From Alphaproteobacteria bacterium (GTDB taxonomy: Bacteria > Pseudomonadota > Alphaproteobacteria > UBA828): a stretch of 64,000 nt of DNA. This document shows, piece after piece, positions 8,555 to 20,425 of this stretch. The stretch spans positions 224,001-288,000 of the forward strand of contig CBDEFM010000002.1 in assembly GCA_965237415.1 (NCBI GenBank). Direction: 5' to 3'. Within the stretch, counting starts at the first letter, position 1. Every line of letters starts with the position of its first letter. The position numbers and the translations under genes are program-made. The notes under the pieces were generated by a model. That model was given only the letters and a program-made list of their open reading frames with translations, had not been told where the DNA came from and made no database searches.

Positions 8555-9850
8555 ATGTTCAGCGCTAGGTGGATTCGCGAGAACGGCGCCGCGTTCGACG
8601 CAGGCCTCACCCGGCGCGGCGTAGACCCCCATGCAGAGCGGGTGATTGCGCTCGATGCAGCCCGGCGCGGCGCCCAGGCAAGATTCCAAGAGCAGCAGCA
8701 TGCGCGCAACCGGCTGTCGAAGGAGATCGGGGCCGCCCGCGCGCGCGGGGAGGACACCGCTGCGCTGGTCGCCGAGGTCTCGGCGCTGAAGGACGTCGCC
8801 CAGGAGTCGGAGCGCAAGGAACGAGAAATCTACGCCCAGCTCGTCGACGTGCTCCAGGGCCTCCCCAACCTGCCGGCGGGCGACGTGCCCGACGGCGCCA
8901 ATGAGAGCGCCAACGTCGAGATCAGGCGCTGGGGCAAGCCCCGGAAAACCGTGGGTGGCTCGCGACAGCACTTCGAGATCGGCGAGGCGCTCGGCCTGAT
9001 GGATTTCGAGCGGGCGGCCGAGCTCTCCGGCTCCCGCTTCGTCGTACTCTCCGGCGCGCTGGCGCGGCTGGAACGCGCGCTCGGGGCCTTCATGCTTGAC
9101 ATGCACACGACCGAGTACGGCTACACCGAGATCTCGCCGCCGCTGCTGGTGCGCAACAACGCCGCCTACGGCACCGGCAACCTGCCGAAGTTCCGGGAAG
9201 ACCTGTTCGAAACGACCGACGGCCGTTGGCTGATCCCGACGGCCGAAATGCCGCTCACCAACCTCGTCTACGGCGAGATCCTGGATGAGGCCACGCTGCC
9301 GCTGCGCTTCACGGCCTATACCCCCTGCTTCCGGGCCGAGGCCGGGGCTGCGGGCAAGGACACGCGCGGCATGATGCGCCAGCACCAGTTCTCCAAGGTC
9401 GAGCTGGTGAGTGTGACCCGGCCGGAGGATTCGGAGGCGGAGCACGAACGCATGACCGCCTGCGCCGAGGAGGTGCTGAAGCGCCTTGGCCTTGCCTACC
9501 GGGTGGTCGTGCTGAGCGCAGGCGACATGGGTTTCTCGGCACGCAAGACCTACGACATCGAGGTCTGGCTGCCGGGCCAGGGGCGCTACCGCGAAATCTC
9601 GAGCTGCTCCAACTGCTGGGACTTCCAGGCGCAGCGGATGGACGCGCGCTTCCGGCGATCCGGCGAGCGGCAGACCCACTTCGTGCACACCCTCAACGGC
9701 TCGGCACTCGCGGTCGGGCGCACCCTGGTCGCTGTACTGGAGACTTATCAAGAGGAGCCGCTGGGACAACGCGTGACCGTGCCCGAGGCGCTCCGCCCCT
9801 ATTTCGGCGGCATGGAGGCGATTGAGGCTGATGCGCATCCTCGTCTGTAA
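8555..9850 (+). CDS. serS: Serine--tRNA ligase
   Basis: [42 protein letters not shown]. Confidence 0.97.
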   Translation: MFSARWIRENGAAFDAGLTRRGVDPHAERVIALDAARRGAQARFQEQQHARNRLSKEIGAARARGEDTAALVAEVSALKDVAQESERKEREIYAQLVDVLQGLPNLPAGDVPDGANESANVEIRRWGKPRKTVGGSRQHFEIGEALGLMDFERAAELSGSRFVVLSGALARLERALGAFMLDMHTTEYGYTEISPPLLVRNNAAYGTGNLPKFREDLFETTDGRWLIPTAEMPLTNLVYGEILDEATLPLRFTAYTPCFRAEAGAAGKDTRGMMRQHQFSKVELVSVTRPEDSEAEHERMTACAEEVLKRLGLAYRVVVLSAGDMGFSARKTYDIEVWLPGQGRYREISSCSNCWDFQAQRMDARFRRSGERQTHFVHTLNGSALAVGRTLVAVLETYQEEPLGQRVTVPEALRPYFGGMEAIEADAHPRL

Positions 9851-10586
9851 CGACGACGGCATTGACGCGCCCGGCATCAAGGTGTTGGAGCGTGTGGCGC
9901 GCGGCCTCTCCAAGGACGTGTGGGTTGTGGCACCCGAGACCCAGCAGAGCGCGGCCTCCCATTCGCTCACGCTGCACCGTCCGCTGCGTCTCCGCAAAAT
10001 TTCCCGGCGCCGCTACGCCGTCAACGGCACGCCCACTGATTGTGTCTTCCTCGCCTTCAACAAGATCCTGGCGGACGGCCTGCCTGACCTGGTGCTCTCC
10101 GGCGTCAACGACGGCCCCAATGTCAGCGAGGATGTCACCTATTCCGGGACCATCGCCGCGGCGATGGAGGCGACGCTGTTCGGCGCGCCGGCGGTTGCGT
10201 TCAGCCAGGCATACGGGGACGGCCGCAAGCACCATTGGGCGACCGCCGAGCAATGGGCCGGCCGCCTCCTGCCGATGCTGATCGAGCGCGGATGGCCCGC
10301 GCGCGTCCTCATCAACGTCAACTTTCCCGATTTGGCGGCTGCCGACGTGCGCGGGATCAGGGTCGTGCGTCAGGGTCTGCACGCGCTCGACGACACGCTC
10401 GAGGAGCGGATCGACCCGCGCGGCGCGCCCTACTACTGGATCGGGGCGCAGTTGCCAGCGACCGGCAGCGGGCAGCGCGGCACGGACATGAGTGCGATCG
10501 ACGAGGGCTACGTCTCGGTGACGCCCCTTCATATGGATCTCACTCACCGACGGACCCTGACATGGCTGCGCGAGGTCATCGAATGA
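9831..10586 (+). CDS. surE: 5'/3'-nucleotidase SurE
   Basis: [29 protein letters not shown]. Confidence 0.96.
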   Translation: MRILVCNDDGIDAPGIKVLERVARGLSKDVWVVAPETQQSAASHSLTLHRPLRLRKISRRRYAVNGTPTDCVFLAFNKILADGLPDLVLSGVNDGPNVSEDVTYSGTIAAAMEATLFGAPAVAFSQAYGDGRKHHWATAEQWAGRLLPMLIERGWPARVLINVNFPDLAAADVRGIRVVRQGLHALDDTLEERIDPRGAPYYWIGAQLPATGSGQRGTDMSAIDEGYVSVTPLHMDLTHRRTLTWLREVIE

Positions 10587-11698
10587 TCGGCAGCATGCGA
10601 GAGACCAACTTGATCGGGCCCCTTGTGGGCGGCGCCCTGATGGCGACCGTGCTCTTGGGCGTAAGTGCCTGCGCTGAACTCCCGTTCAGCCATGGATCGC
10701 AAGGGGACGACGAGACCTTTGAGGCCGACCCGGCGCCGGCGCTGCCGCAGTTCGTTGCCGCGCCGCAGGAGAGGGTGCCGCCGCCCTTCGAGGTGCCGGA
10801 GTCCCGACCGGCGCCGCCGATGCCGCGAGACAAGCCGGCGCTGCTGCTGACAGTAGCGGCGGGCGATACCATCGATCTCATTGCCCAACGCTTCGGTGTG
10901 GCGACGCGCACGATCATCGCCCTGAACGACCTGACTCACCCCTATTGGCTGCTGGCCGGACAGCGGCTCGTGCTCCCCAGCGAGGTCCTCTCCGCCGCTC
11001 GGCGCGGCGAGCCACCGGTGGAAGCACCGCGCCTCGACCGGGACGACGCGGACGTAACGACGACCGAGATCGCAGCGCCGGTCCACGAGGTGCGCGTAAC
11101 GGTTGTCGAGACCGCAGCGCCAACCCGCGAACAGAGCGAGGCGCCCGCTCCTCAGGGTCGGAACAACCTGCGTGTGGCCCATGCGGAACCGGCGCTCAAG
11201 CCGCCTGTATCGCCCGGTCCTCGCCTGGCCCGCGCGGACTCGACGCAATCGTCGCCATCCTCGCTCTCGGTGCTGGCACGGCAAGCCGATGCGACCCACG
11301 TGCCGCTCCCGCCCACGCGCAACACATTCCTCTGGCCGATCGAGGGCCGCGTGATCTCCCGCTTCGGCTCGAAGCCCGGCGGCAAGCACAATGACGGGAT
11401 CAACATTGCCGTGCCCGTGGGCAGCGAGGTACGCGCCGCGCAGAACGGTGTGGTGGCCTATGCCGGCAACGAGCTCAGGGGCTACGGGAACCTCGTGCTC
11501 ATCCGGCACAAGGGCGGCTGGATGACGGCGTACGCCCACAACGACTTCCTTCTGGTGGGCAAGGGCGACGTGGTCCGGCGGGGCCAGGTGATCTCGCGCT
11601 CGGGCAAGTCGGGCCGTGTCTCGCGGCCGCAGGCCCATTTCGAGATCCGTCGCAACGGCGAGCCGCAGGATCCGCTGCGTCTCCTCAGCCGCAGGTAA
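10583..11698 (+). CDS. nlpD: LysM + M23 peptidase lipoprotein (NlpD-like)
   Basis: Lipobox VSAC, LysM (GDTIDLIAQRFGV), M23 domain (NDGINI, YGNLVLIRH, HFEIR); follows surE. Confidence 0.85.
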   Translation: MIGSMRETNLIGPLVGGALMATVLLGVSACAELPFSHGSQGDDETFEADPAPALPQFVAAPQERVPPPFEVPESRPAPPMPRDKPALLLTVAAGDTIDLIAQRFGVATRTIIALNDLTHPYWLLAGQRLVLPSEVLSAARRGEPPVEAPRLDRDDADVTTTEIAAPVHEVRVTVVETAAPTREQSEAPAPQGRNNLRVAHAEPALKPPVSPGPRLARADSTQSSPSSLSVLARQADATHVPLPPTRNTFLWPIEGRVISRFGSKPGGKHNDGINIAVPVGSEVRAAQNGVVAYAGNELRGYGNLVLIRHKGGWMTAYAHNDFLLVGKGDVVRRGQVISRSGKSGRVSRPQAHFEIRRNGEPQDPLRLLSRR

Positions 11699-11704
11699 GA
11701 AGGT

Positions 11705-12583
11705 TTAGCCCGAACGCCCGTCGGCCGGCGAGAGCCCGACACCGAGACGACCGGCGAGATCCTGCACGTATTGCCAGGCCACCCTGCCCGAGCGGGCGCC
11801 GCGGGTCATGCTCCACTCGATGGCCTCGGCGCGCAGCGTCTCGCGGTCGATGGCGAGGCCGAAATGGTCGGCGTAGCCCTCCACCATGGCGAAGAAGGTC
11901 GCCTGATCGCACGGGTGGAAGCCGAGCCAGAGTCCGAAACGATCCGAAAGCGAGACCGACCCCTCCACCGCTTCGCCGGGGTGGATGGCGGTCGAGCGCT
12001 CGTTGTCGATCATGTCGCGCGGCATCAGATGGCGCCGATTCGAGGTCGCATAGAACAGGACGTTGTCCGGCCGGCCGCTGATCCCGCCTTCCAGCGCCGC
12101 CTTCAGGGACTTGTAAGTCGTGTCTTCGGACTCGAAGGAGAGGTCGTCGCAGAAGAGGAGGCACTGACTGCCGCAAGCGCGCAGCCGGCCAAGCAGGATC
12201 GGCAGGGACGCGATCTCTTCCCGGTGAATCTCGATCAGCTTCAGGCCGCTCGGGTCCTCCGCCGCCACGACTCCGTGCACCGCCTTGATGAGCGAGCTCT
12301 TGCCCATTCCTCGGGCGCCCCACAGCAGGGTGTTGTTGGCCGGCAAGCCGCGGGCGAAGCGCCGCGTGTTGTCGAGCAGGATGTCGCGGACCCTGTCGAT
12401 GCCCTTGAGCAGCGAGAGCTCCAGCCGATTGATTTGGGGCACGGCCTCAAGCCGCGTGCCATCGGCGTGCCAGACAAATCCATCTGCTGACTCAAGCGCC
12501 GCATCGTCCGGCCCGGCGGGCGAGAGACGCTCCAGCGCTTCCGCGACGCGCTTGAGGAGCGGCGCAAACTCCGGGTCCGACAT
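11705..12583 (-). CDS. DUF815 family AAA+ ATPase
   Basis: LLWGARGMGKSS Walker A, FCDDLSF, YATSNRRHLMPR, LSDRFGLWLGF. Confidence 0.9.
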   Translation of the reverse strand: MSDPEFAPLLKRVAEALERLSPAGPDDAALESADGFVWHADGTRLEAVPQINRLELSLLKGIDRVRDILLDNTRRFARGLPANNTLLWGARGMGKSSLIKAVHGVVAAEDPSGLKLIEIHREEIASLPILLGRLRACGSQCLLFCDDLSFESEDTTYKSLKAALEGGISGRPDNVLFYATSNRRHLMPRDMIDNERSTAIHPGEAVEGSVSLSDRFGLWLGFHPCDQATFFAMVEGYADHFGLAIDRETLRAEAIEWSMTRGARSGRVAWQYVQDLAGRLGVGLSPADGRSG

Positions 12584-12642
12584 GCGTGCACCGGCTGGTT
12601 GGAAGGCGCGCGGAACCTAGCCCGGATGTCTCGCCACTGTCA

Positions 12643-12663
12643 CGGCCTGCGTCGCGCAGGCCG
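12643..12663. terminator. Stem-loop downstream of the helicase gene
   Basis: cggcctgcg-tcg-cgcaggccg. Confidence 0.45.
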
Positions 12664-12690
12664 CGCGCGGAGCGCACGATACGTCCCGGC

Positions 12691-15543
12691 CTAATTCTCC
12701 GGCCCGACGAAGGTGCGGGTGATCTCGACAGCCTCGGCAAGACCGACACGCTCAACCTCGACGCCCTGCGGGAAGGCGCCGGCGAGCCGGCTCGGCAGTG
12801 CGGAATCGAGAAGGACGAACACGCCGCGGTCGTCCGCCCTTCGCACGAGCCGCCCGTAAGCCTGTCGGAGACGGCCGCGCGTGAGCCGGTCGTCGTAGCG
12901 CCCGCCGCCGAAGACCCTGCGGCGGGCCTTGTGCAGGATATCCGGTCGAGGCCAGGGCACGCGGTCGAAGACGATCAACCGCAGGCTCTTCCCCGGTACG
13001 TCGATACCGTCGCGCACCGCGTCGGTGCCCAGCAGGCAGGCATCGGTCTCGCTGCGGAAGATATCGACCAAAGTCGTCGTATCGAGCGGATCGACGTGCT
13101 GGGCCCAAAGCGGGATCCCGGCATCGTCGATTTCGCCGGCAATCCGCTCGTGGACCAATCGCAGCCGGGCGATGGCGGTGAAGAGACCGAGTGCGCCGCC
13201 GCCGGCAGCGACGAAAAGCGCGCGGTAGGCTGCCGCGACCTGATCCGGCGCGCCTCGCCGCACGTCGGTGACGACGAGCACGCGGGTTTGCGCGCCGTAG
13301 TCGAAGGGGGAGGGGAGCGCAGCGCGGATCGCCGGTGCCTTCAGGTGGCGCCCGCCCGTCGCCGCCTCCGCCGCGGCCCAGTCCTGCTCCTCCTCGCCGG
13401 TGCCATCGCGCAGCGTCGCCGAGGTGATGAGCGCGCCGTGGGCGCGGCCCATGACGAACTCTGCGAACGCGATCGTAGGGTCCAGATAGTGACGGTGCAT
13501 GCCGACATCGACATCTCGCCCTTCGATGCGGGAGATCGCGAACCAATCGACGAATCCCGCGGGGTCGGCGGCGCCGTCCTCGTCCTGTGCCAGTTCGTCG
13601 TCGTCAATCGAAACGGTCGTCATGTCTTCCAGCATGGAGCGCCAGGCGCCGAGCCGCTCGCTGACCCGGCGCTCGATCCCGCGGACGACCGCCTCGATCC
13701 GCTGGCGCTCGGCGCTCTCCAGACTGTCGGCTTCCTGGTCGAGCAGCGCCGCGAGCGCGGCCGCGAGGTGGCCGAGCGGCCGGGCGATATCGGCCAGCGC
13801 TGATTCAAGAGCGGCGGCGGCCTCCGCCAGGCCGGGAATGAGCGGGTCCACCGGCGCCTCGATGCTGTAGCCGCTCCGCGGCTCCGGTGCCCGCGCCAGG
13901 ACCTGGTCTCGCACCAGCGCCAGGAATCGCTCGCACGGCCCGTGCGCCGATCCCGCCGCGAGCCGTTGGTGCCAGTCGTTGCCCGGCAGCGCACGGGCCG
14001 CGGTCAATGCCGTGTCGAGGGACTCGCGTGCAGCTTGCCTGCCCTCGGTCAGGTCGCCGATCCGGCTGCTGAGCCCCCGCGCTCGGCCGGAGTCGCTGCG
14101 GCCGCGGGATTCGGGCCCGAGCAACCAGCGTCTGAGCTCCCGCGCTTCGCTGCCGGTGAGGTGCGCGGAGAAGGCGCTGTCCGCCGCGTCGAAGATATGG
14201 TGCCCCTCGTCGAGCACGTAGCGGGTCGGCACGCCCCGCTCCTCGCCTGTGCCGAAGGCGGCGCGCGCTGCCTGCACCATGAGCAGCGCATGATTGGCGA
14301 TCACCATGTCGGCGCGGCGGGCCTTTCGCTGGCTCTTCTCGATGAAGCAGCGGCGGTAATGCGTGCAGGCGCCGTGGATGCACTCGCCGCGCCGGTCTGC
14401 GAGGCCGAGGGTGCGGCCGAAGCCGAGCAGGTCGGCGAGCCAGGCGGGCAGGTCGCCCCCGGTCATGTCGCCATCCCGCGTGGATGCCGCCCAGCGCGCC
14501 ATCAAGCCGAGGGCGATGCGCTCCGAGGGCACCAGCGCGCTACGGCCGACCGCTTCCTCCATGTTGAGCAGGCAAAAATAGTTCTCGCGCCCCTTGCGCA
14601 GCACGACCTTCTCCGCCTTCGCCTTGGGCTCCGGGTAGAGCCGGTCGAGCTCCTGGTCGATCTGGCGTTGGAGGTTGCGGGTGTACGTGGAGAGCCAGAC
14701 CGTGCCCTCGTTGCGCTCGGCCCAGAGGCTGGCCGGCGCGATATAGCCGAGGGTCTTGCCGACTCCGGTGCCGGCTTCCGCCAACACCACGTGGGGCTGC
14801 TCTTCCGTCTCCATCGGGTCGAAGGCCGCGCATGCCGCAGAGGCGAAGTCCGCCTGCTCGGGCCTGGGCTCCGCACCGTCGCCGAGCAGGTGGGCAAGGC
14901 GACGACGCGCGGCCGCAGGAGCCACCGGGTCATGCCCCGGCGCTGCAGGCGGCGCGCTCTCCTGCCATTCCTTGAGCCGGGTCCAGACGGCAAGCGGGCC
15001 CGGGTCGCCGGCCCGGCCGGAACTCGGCGGCGTGCGGCCGCCGGCCTCCAGCGCGGCCACCACCGCATCGCCCCAGGGCCAACCAGAGCGGGCCATCGTG
15101 CGCGCAATTGCCGGTGCGTCCTGCGCCCCCGCGAGGCCGGGCGCCGCGAGCGTGCCGAGAAGCCGACCGGCCGCCTCCTGCAAGGTGGATGCCTCGTCCT
15201 CGATGCTCCCGGGTAGGGTCAGCCCGAGCGCCCGTGCGAGTCCGCGCACCGTCGGCACGGTGAGGCGCGCCGGATGGACGAAGGCGAATAGTTCGAGCAC
15301 ATCAAGAGCCGACAGACCGGAGAGGCCGAGCCGGCGGACGATTGCCTTCGCGTGGCAAACGTAGGGCGCGGGACCCGCGGCAGCCAGGCGCTCGCGCGCG
15401 GCCTGGTGGCAGAGGCGGGCGAGCACGCCATCCTCGTCCAGCCAAACTGCATGACGCGGCGCCACCACGAGCACCGGTGCGCGGGGCAGCGGCAGCGCGG
15501 ATGGCCGCGAAGAGGGCTCGCGTGACTCTACAGGCGCCGGCAT
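12691..15543 (-). CDS. DinG/YoaA-family ATP-dependent DNA helicase
   Basis: [46 protein letters not shown]. Confidence 0.92.
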   Translation of the reverse strand: MPAPVESREPSSRPSALPLPRAPVLVVAPRHAVWLDEDGVLARLCHQAARERLAAAGPAPYVCHAKAIVRRLGLSGLSALDVLELFAFVHPARLTVPTVRGLARALGLTLPGSIEDEASTLQEAAGRLLGTLAAPGLAGAQDAPAIARTMARSGWPWGDAVVAALEAGGRTPPSSGRAGDPGPLAVWTRLKEWQESAPPAAPGHDPVAPAAARRRLAHLLGDGAEPRPEQADFASAACAAFDPMETEEQPHVVLAEAGTGVGKTLGYIAPASLWAERNEGTVWLSTYTRNLQRQIDQELDRLYPEPKAKAEKVVLRKGRENYFCLLNMEEAVGRSALVPSERIALGLMARWAASTRDGDMTGGDLPAWLADLLGFGRTLGLADRRGECIHGACTHYRRCFIEKSQRKARRADMVIANHALLMVQAARAAFGTGEERGVPTRYVLDEGHHIFDAADSAFSAHLTGSEARELRRWLLGPESRGRSDSGRARGLSSRIGDLTEGRQAARESLDTALTAARALPGNDWHQRLAAGSAHGPCERFLALVRDQVLARAPEPRSGYSIEAPVDPLIPGLAEAAAALESALADIARPLGHLAAALAALLDQEADSLESAERQRIEAVVRGIERRVSERLGAWRSMLEDMTTVSIDDDELAQDEDGAADPAGFVDWFAISRIEGRDVDVGMHRHYLDPTIAFAEFVMGRAHGALITSATLRDGTGEEEQDWAAAEAATGGRHLKAPAIRAALPSPFDYGAQTRVLVVTDVRRGAPDQVAAAYRALFVAAGGGALGLFTAIARLRLVHERIAGEIDDAGIPLWAQHVDPLDTTTLVDIFRSETDACLLGTDAVRDGIDVPGKSLRLIVFDRVPWPRPDILHKARRRVFGGGRYDDRLTRGRLRQAYGRLVRRADDRGVFVLLDSALPSRLAGAFPQGVEVERVGLAEAVEITRTFVGPEN

Positions 15544-15614
15544 CGCACCGGAGTATAGCGGTTGACGCGCGCCGGCGGCCCGGCGCATGTTCCGCCGATT
15601 CCCAGACCCGGACG

Positions 15615-17210
15615 ATGAACGACACGGCACACGACCTTCGGGCACTCGCCCAGGGCGCCAAGGCCTGGCCCTTCAAGGAGGCCGCGGCGCTGCTCAAGCG
15701 CCTTGGCGGCGAGACGCCGGCGAAGGGGTACGCGCTCTTCGAGACCGGCTATGGCCCTTCGGGCCTGCCCCACATCGGCACCTTCGGCGAGGTCGCGCGC
15801 ACGACCATGGTGCGCCGCGCCTTCGCCGTGCTCAGCGACATCCCGACGCGCCTCGTGGCCTTCTCGGACGACTTGGACGCGCTGCGCAAGGTGCCCGAAA
15901 ACATTCCCGCTCGGGCCATGGTCGAGGAGCATCTCGGCAAGCCGCTCACGCAGATTCCCGATCCCTTCGGCACGCACGAGAGTTTTGGAGCCCACAACAA
16001 CGCCAGGCTGCGGGCCTTCCTCGACGATTTCGGCTTCGACTACACGTTCAAGAGCGCGAGCGAGGCTTATCGCTTGGGCGAGTTCGACGGCGCGCTCATG
16101 GACGCGCTCCGCCATTACGACGAGATCATGCGGATCATTCTGCCCACCCTGGGCGCCGAGCGGCAGGCGACCTACAGCCCCTTTCTGCCGCTCTGCCCCA
16201 AGACCGGCCGCGTGCTGCAGGTCCCCATCGCGGCCCGCGACGAAGGCGCGGGCACGGTGAGCTACGTGGACGAGGACGGCGAGACGATGACCGTCCCGGT
16301 CACGGGCGGCCATTGCAAGCTGCAGTGGAAGGCCGACTGGGCCATGCGCTGGCATTCGCTCGGCGTCGACTACGAGATGGCGGGGAAGGACCTGATCAGC
16401 TCTGTCGAAGTCTCAGGGAAGATCTGCCGGGCGCTGGGTTCGACGCCACCCGCCGGTTTCATCTACGAGCTCTTCCTCGACGAGAACAGCGAGAAGATTT
16501 CCAAGTCACGCGGCAACGGACTCGCTATCGAAGAATGGCTCGCCTACGGCTCACGCGATTCGCTCTCGCTCTACATGTACACCGCGCCGAGGCGCGCCAA
16601 GCGGCTCTACTTCGACGTGATTCCCCGCCACGTCGACGATCACCTGACCCATCTCGCGAAATATCCCGAGCAGGGGCCGGCCGAGCGGCTCGAGAGCCCG
16701 GCCTGGCATATTCACGCGGGCCACCCGCCCGCGCCGGAAATCGGCCTGAGTTACGGCGTCCTCCTCAACCTGGCGAGCGTCTGCAATACGGAGGACCCGG
16801 CCGTACTCTGGGGCTTCATCAGCCGCTACGTGCCGGCTGCCGCGCCGGAGACCGCACCCATCCTCGCTGAGCTCGTGGGTCACGCGCTCACCTACTACCG
16901 CGACGTGGTGAAGCCGACGAAGGCCTACCGCGCGCCGCTGCCGGAGGAGCGAGCGGCGCTCGACGACCTGCGCGCCGTGCTCGTGGCGATGCCGGCGGAC
17001 GCGGACGCCGAGGCGATCCAGACGGAGGTCTACGAGGTCGGCAAGCGCCATCCCTTCGAGTCGCTTCGCGACTGGTTCCGCGCGCTCTACGAGATTCTTC
17101 TGGGTCAGAGCCAGGGGCCCCGCATGGGCTCCTTCATCGCGCTCTATGGTTTGTCTGAGACGGTCGCGCTGATCGACCGCGCGCTCGCCGGGGAAGATCT
17201 GGCGGCATGA
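15615..17210 (+). CDS. lysS: Lysine--tRNA ligase, class I
   Basis: [37 protein letters not shown]. Confidence 0.96.
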   Translation: MNDTAHDLRALAQGAKAWPFKEAAALLKRLGGETPAKGYALFETGYGPSGLPHIGTFGEVARTTMVRRAFAVLSDIPTRLVAFSDDLDALRKVPENIPARAMVEEHLGKPLTQIPDPFGTHESFGAHNNARLRAFLDDFGFDYTFKSASEAYRLGEFDGALMDALRHYDEIMRIILPTLGAERQATYSPFLPLCPKTGRVLQVPIAARDEGAGTVSYVDEDGETMTVPVTGGHCKLQWKADWAMRWHSLGVDYEMAGKDLISSVEVSGKICRALGSTPPAGFIYELFLDENSEKISKSRGNGLAIEEWLAYGSRDSLSLYMYTAPRRAKRLYFDVIPRHVDDHLTHLAKYPEQGPAERLESPAWHIHAGHPPAPEIGLSYGVLLNLASVCNTEDPAVLWGFISRYVPAAAPETAPILAELVGHALTYYRDVVKPTKAYRAPLPEERAALDDLRAVLVAMPADADAEAIQTEVYEVGKRHPFESLRDWFRALYEILLGQSQGPRMGSFIALYGLSETVALIDRALAGEDLAA

Positions 17211-17361
17211 GCGGCCGGCGGGCTCTCCGGCCTCATCTCAATAGAGATGCTAGTTTGGCCAACTAGTGTATTACTTAAACAGGGAACCCATCATGTGCTT
17301 TCGACATAATGACTGCTCGACAACTTGACATGGCGCACAATGTCGTGTTTCCGTATTCGCT

Positions 17362-18015
17362 ATGAAACAATCCACTAACGGGACGACATTTCTGCTTGCG
17401 TTGGAGCATGCACACGAGGAGGCACGGCCTTTTCGCCACTGGGTGCTCCACGACATCCTCGATCCCGACACGCTCGCGGGTCTCAAGGCTTGGCCGCATG
17501 CGGCGCCCAGTGTCCGCTACACCCTCGGTCGAAGGGAGGAGAACAACCCCACGCGGCGCTATGTGGATGCGGACGCGATCGAAAGCTACTTGCCTGCCAA
17601 GGCTCTCGCCGAGTTATTTCAGGATACCCGTGTCGTCTCCGCCATCGAGGCCCAATGCGGCGCCAGTCTCGCCGGCACCAGTCTCCGGATCGAATATGCC
17701 CAAGACGTCGAGGGGTTCTGGCTGGAGCCGCATACCGATATCGGCGTCAAGGCTTTCACCATGTTCGTCTGCCTGGACGACGCAGGGGAGCACCGCGATT
17801 GGGGGACAGATTTCTTTTCCGACGGTTCGACGCACGCAAAAAGGCTCCCGTTCATCGATAATACGGGCGTTATGTTCGTACCGAGTGACAACACCTGGCA
17901 CGGTTTTCTGCCGCGTAAGATCGACGGCGTGCGCCGCTCGCTGATCGTTAATTTTGTGACGAGCGAATGGCGTAACCGTCACGAACTTGCCTACCCCGAC
18001 AAGCCGGTTGCTTAG
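17362..18015 (+). CDS. 2OG-Fe(II) oxygenase family protein
   Basis: WLEPHTD (HxD), TWHGF distal His, RRSLIVNFV. Confidence 0.8.
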   Translation: MKQSTNGTTFLLALEHAHEEARPFRHWVLHDILDPDTLAGLKAWPHAAPSVRYTLGRREENNPTRRYVDADAIESYLPAKALAELFQDTRVVSAIEAQCGASLAGTSLRIEYAQDVEGFWLEPHTDIGVKAFTMFVCLDDAGEHRDWGTDFFSDGSTHAKRLPFIDNTGVMFVPSDNTWHGFLPRKIDGVRRSLIVNFVTSEWRNRHELAYPDKPVA

Positions 18016-18931
18016 AACCGTTTGGGTTGTCACCACCGGCGAAGCCGGCATGCGCTCGCAGGCAGAGGGTTTGGCCGAGGCTCTCGGCTGGCCGTTCGAG
18101 AGTATCACCGCCCACCTGCGCCGGGCTTGGTCGTGGATACCGGCGCATCGACAGCCGTTGAGTTTCCTGCGCTACGGGCTGCAGGAGCGGCTGCCGCAGC
18201 CCTGGCCCGACCTTCTGATCAGCTGCGGCCGGCGCAGCGCCTCGGTCTCGGCTGCGGTCCGGCGCGCCGCCGGCGGCAGGACTTTCACCGTGCACATACA
18301 GAACCCGCGCGCCCCTACCCATATTTTCGACCTGGTCGTTCCGCCGGCACATGACGGGCTCGCAGGGCCCAACGTGGTGGCGACGCGGGCCGCCCTGCAT
18401 CGTGTAACGCCGGAGAATCTCGCGGCCGCTAGCGCGGAGTGGCAAGACAGCCTCGGTCGGCTCAACGTCGCCGTGATGCTCGGCGGCAGCACGCGGGCAC
18501 ACCGCTTCACGCGGGAGACCGTGGATAAACTTGCGAACGGACTGGCTGGTCTTGACGGGGAAATCGCGGTCACAGCATCGAGGCGAACCGAACCCGGCGT
18601 CGTCGACGCTCTCAAGGCCCGTCTACCGCAGGCTTGGTTCTGGGACGGCACCGGCCGCAATCCCTACCTCGGCATGTTGGCGTTGGCCCGACACATCGTG
18701 GTCACCGAGGATTCGGTGTCCTTGATCAGCGAAGCCATATCCACGGGAAAGCCCGTCTACGTTGCCGAGATGGCGGGCGCCAACCGCCGGCTGGCGCATT
18801 TCCTGAAGACTCTACAGGAAGAAGGCATTGTGCGTCCCTTCGACGGCCGGCTCGCCGAATGGCGCTACGAGCCAATCAATGAAACACCACGCATCGCCGC
18901 CGAAGTGCGCCGGCGTATGGAAGCCGCATAG
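17987..18931 (+). CDS. ELM1/GtrOC1-family putative glycosyltransferase
   Basis: GMRSQAEGLAEAL, PDLLISCGRR, FDLVVPPAHD, NPYLGML, VTEDSVS. Confidence 0.85.
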   Translation: MPTPTSRLLRTVWVVTTGEAGMRSQAEGLAEALGWPFESITAHLRRAWSWIPAHRQPLSFLRYGLQERLPQPWPDLLISCGRRSASVSAAVRRAAGGRTFTVHIQNPRAPTHIFDLVVPPAHDGLAGPNVVATRAALHRVTPENLAAASAEWQDSLGRLNVAVMLGGSTRAHRFTRETVDKLANGLAGLDGEIAVTASRRTEPGVVDALKARLPQAWFWDGTGRNPYLGMLALARHIVVTEDSVSLISEAISTGKPVYVAEMAGANRRLAHFLKTLQEEGIVRPFDGRLAEWRYEPINETPRIAAEVRRRMEAA

Positions 18932-19060
18932 GCCGCTGAAGGTTCATAAGCCGCGGCCCTTCCCGTCGCTGCAACTCGCTTCTCTCGCCGGGGCGGGGAA
19001 GCTTTGCTAATGTCAGATTAACAATCGCCAATTGCGATCAACGCGAGAGGAGGCAGGTCG

Positions 19061-20371
19061 ATGACACATGAGAGCCGCAGGAAGAAAGGCGCCGGGCGCA
19101 CCCGTCGCGAAATCCTGAAAGCCGGCGCCGCCGGCGCCGTAGGAACGGCCGCGCTCAGCGCAGGCTTCCCCTCCATCGTCCGCGCTGCGGACACGGTGAA
19201 GATCGGCTATGTCAGCCCCAAGACCGGCCCGCTCGCGCCGTTCGCAGATGCCGACGAGTTCAACGTCGCCTCGGTGCTGGAGGCGATCGGCGGCAAGGTC
19301 CAGTCCGGCGGCAATAGCCTCGATGTCGAGATCATCGTCAAGGACAGCCAGTCGAACCCGAACCGCGCGGCCGAGGTCGCGAGCCAGCTGATCCTCTCCG
19401 ACGAGGTGCACCTGCTCTGCGCCGGCAACACGCCGGAGACCACCAACCCGGTCGCCGACCAGGCCGAGATCAACGAGGTCCCCTGCGTCACGACGCTCTG
19501 CCCGTGGCAGCCCTACTTCTTCGGCCGCGGCGGCGATCCGGCGACGGGCTTCCAGTGGACCTACCACTATTTCTGGGGGCTGGAGGACGTGATCGCCGTG
19601 TTCCTCAACCTCTGGGGCAAGCTGGAGACCAACAAGGTGGTCGGCGGCCTCTTCCCCAACGACGGCGACGGCAACGCCTGGGGCCACCCCGAGCTCGGCT
19701 TCCCCAAGCCGCTCGCCGGCGCCGGCTACACCCTGATCGACCCGGGCCGTTATCAGAACCTGTCGAACGATTTTTCGGCCCATATCTCCGAGTTCAAGGA
19801 CAAGGGCGTCGAGATTGTCACCGGCGTCGTCCTGCCGCCGGACTTCACCACCTTCTGGACCCAGGCCGCGCAGCAGGGCTTCCGGCCCAAGGCGGCGACG
19901 GTGGGCAAGGCGCTGCTCTTCCCCGGTGCGATCGAGGCGCTGGGCGATGCCGGGCACAACATGAGCTCGGAAATCTGGTGGAGCCCCTCGCACCCCTTCA
20001 CCTCGAGCATCACCGGCCAGACCTGCGGCGAGCTTGCCGCCGCTTTCACCGCCGCCACCGGCAAGCAGTGGAGCCAGCCGGTGGGCTACGGCCATTCGAT
20101 ATTCGAAGTCGCCCTCGATGTGGTGAGCCGGGCGGAAGACGTCAACGACCCCCAGGCGATGCTCGCCTCCATCGTCGCTACCAACATCGCGACGGTGGCT
20201 GGACCCGTGTCATGGGGCTCGGGCCCGGTCAAGAATGTGGCGAAGATGCCGCTCGTGGGCGGCCAGTGGCGGCGCACGCCGGACGGCCCCTTCGCTTACG
20301 ACCTCGCCATCACGTCCAACGAGACGGCGCCGGATATCCCCGTCGGCGCCGACATGGAGCCGATCGGCTAG
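19061..20371 (+). CDS. LIV-type ABC substrate-binding protein, Tat signal
   Basis: TRREILK Tat motif, [29 protein letters not shown]. Confidence 0.9.
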   Translation: MTHESRRKKGAGRTRREILKAGAAGAVGTAALSAGFPSIVRAADTVKIGYVSPKTGPLAPFADADEFNVASVLEAIGGKVQSGGNSLDVEIIVKDSQSNPNRAAEVASQLILSDEVHLLCAGNTPETTNPVADQAEINEVPCVTTLCPWQPYFFGRGGDPATGFQWTYHYFWGLEDVIAVFLNLWGKLETNKVVGGLFPNDGDGNAWGHPELGFPKPLAGAGYTLIDPGRYQNLSNDFSAHISEFKDKGVEIVTGVVLPPDFTTFWTQAAQQGFRPKAATVGKALLFPGAIEALGDAGHNMSSEIWWSPSHPFTSSITGQTCGELAAAFTAATGKQWSQPVGYGHSIFEVALDVVSRAEDVNDPQAMLASIVATNIATVAGPVSWGSGPVKNVAKMPLVGGQWRRTPDGPFAYDLAITSNETAPDIPVGADMEPIG

Positions 20372-20380
20372 AGACCCAGA

Positions 20381-20414
20381 CCTGCGGACGGTGCTCCCGG
20401 CGCCGCTCCGCAGG
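20381..20414. promoter_or_regulatory. Intercistronic stem-loop after the SBP gene (mRNA stabiliser or partial terminator)
   Basis: cctgcgga...tccgcagg stem. Confidence 0.45.
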
Positions 20415-20425
20415 CGCGTGCCGGC

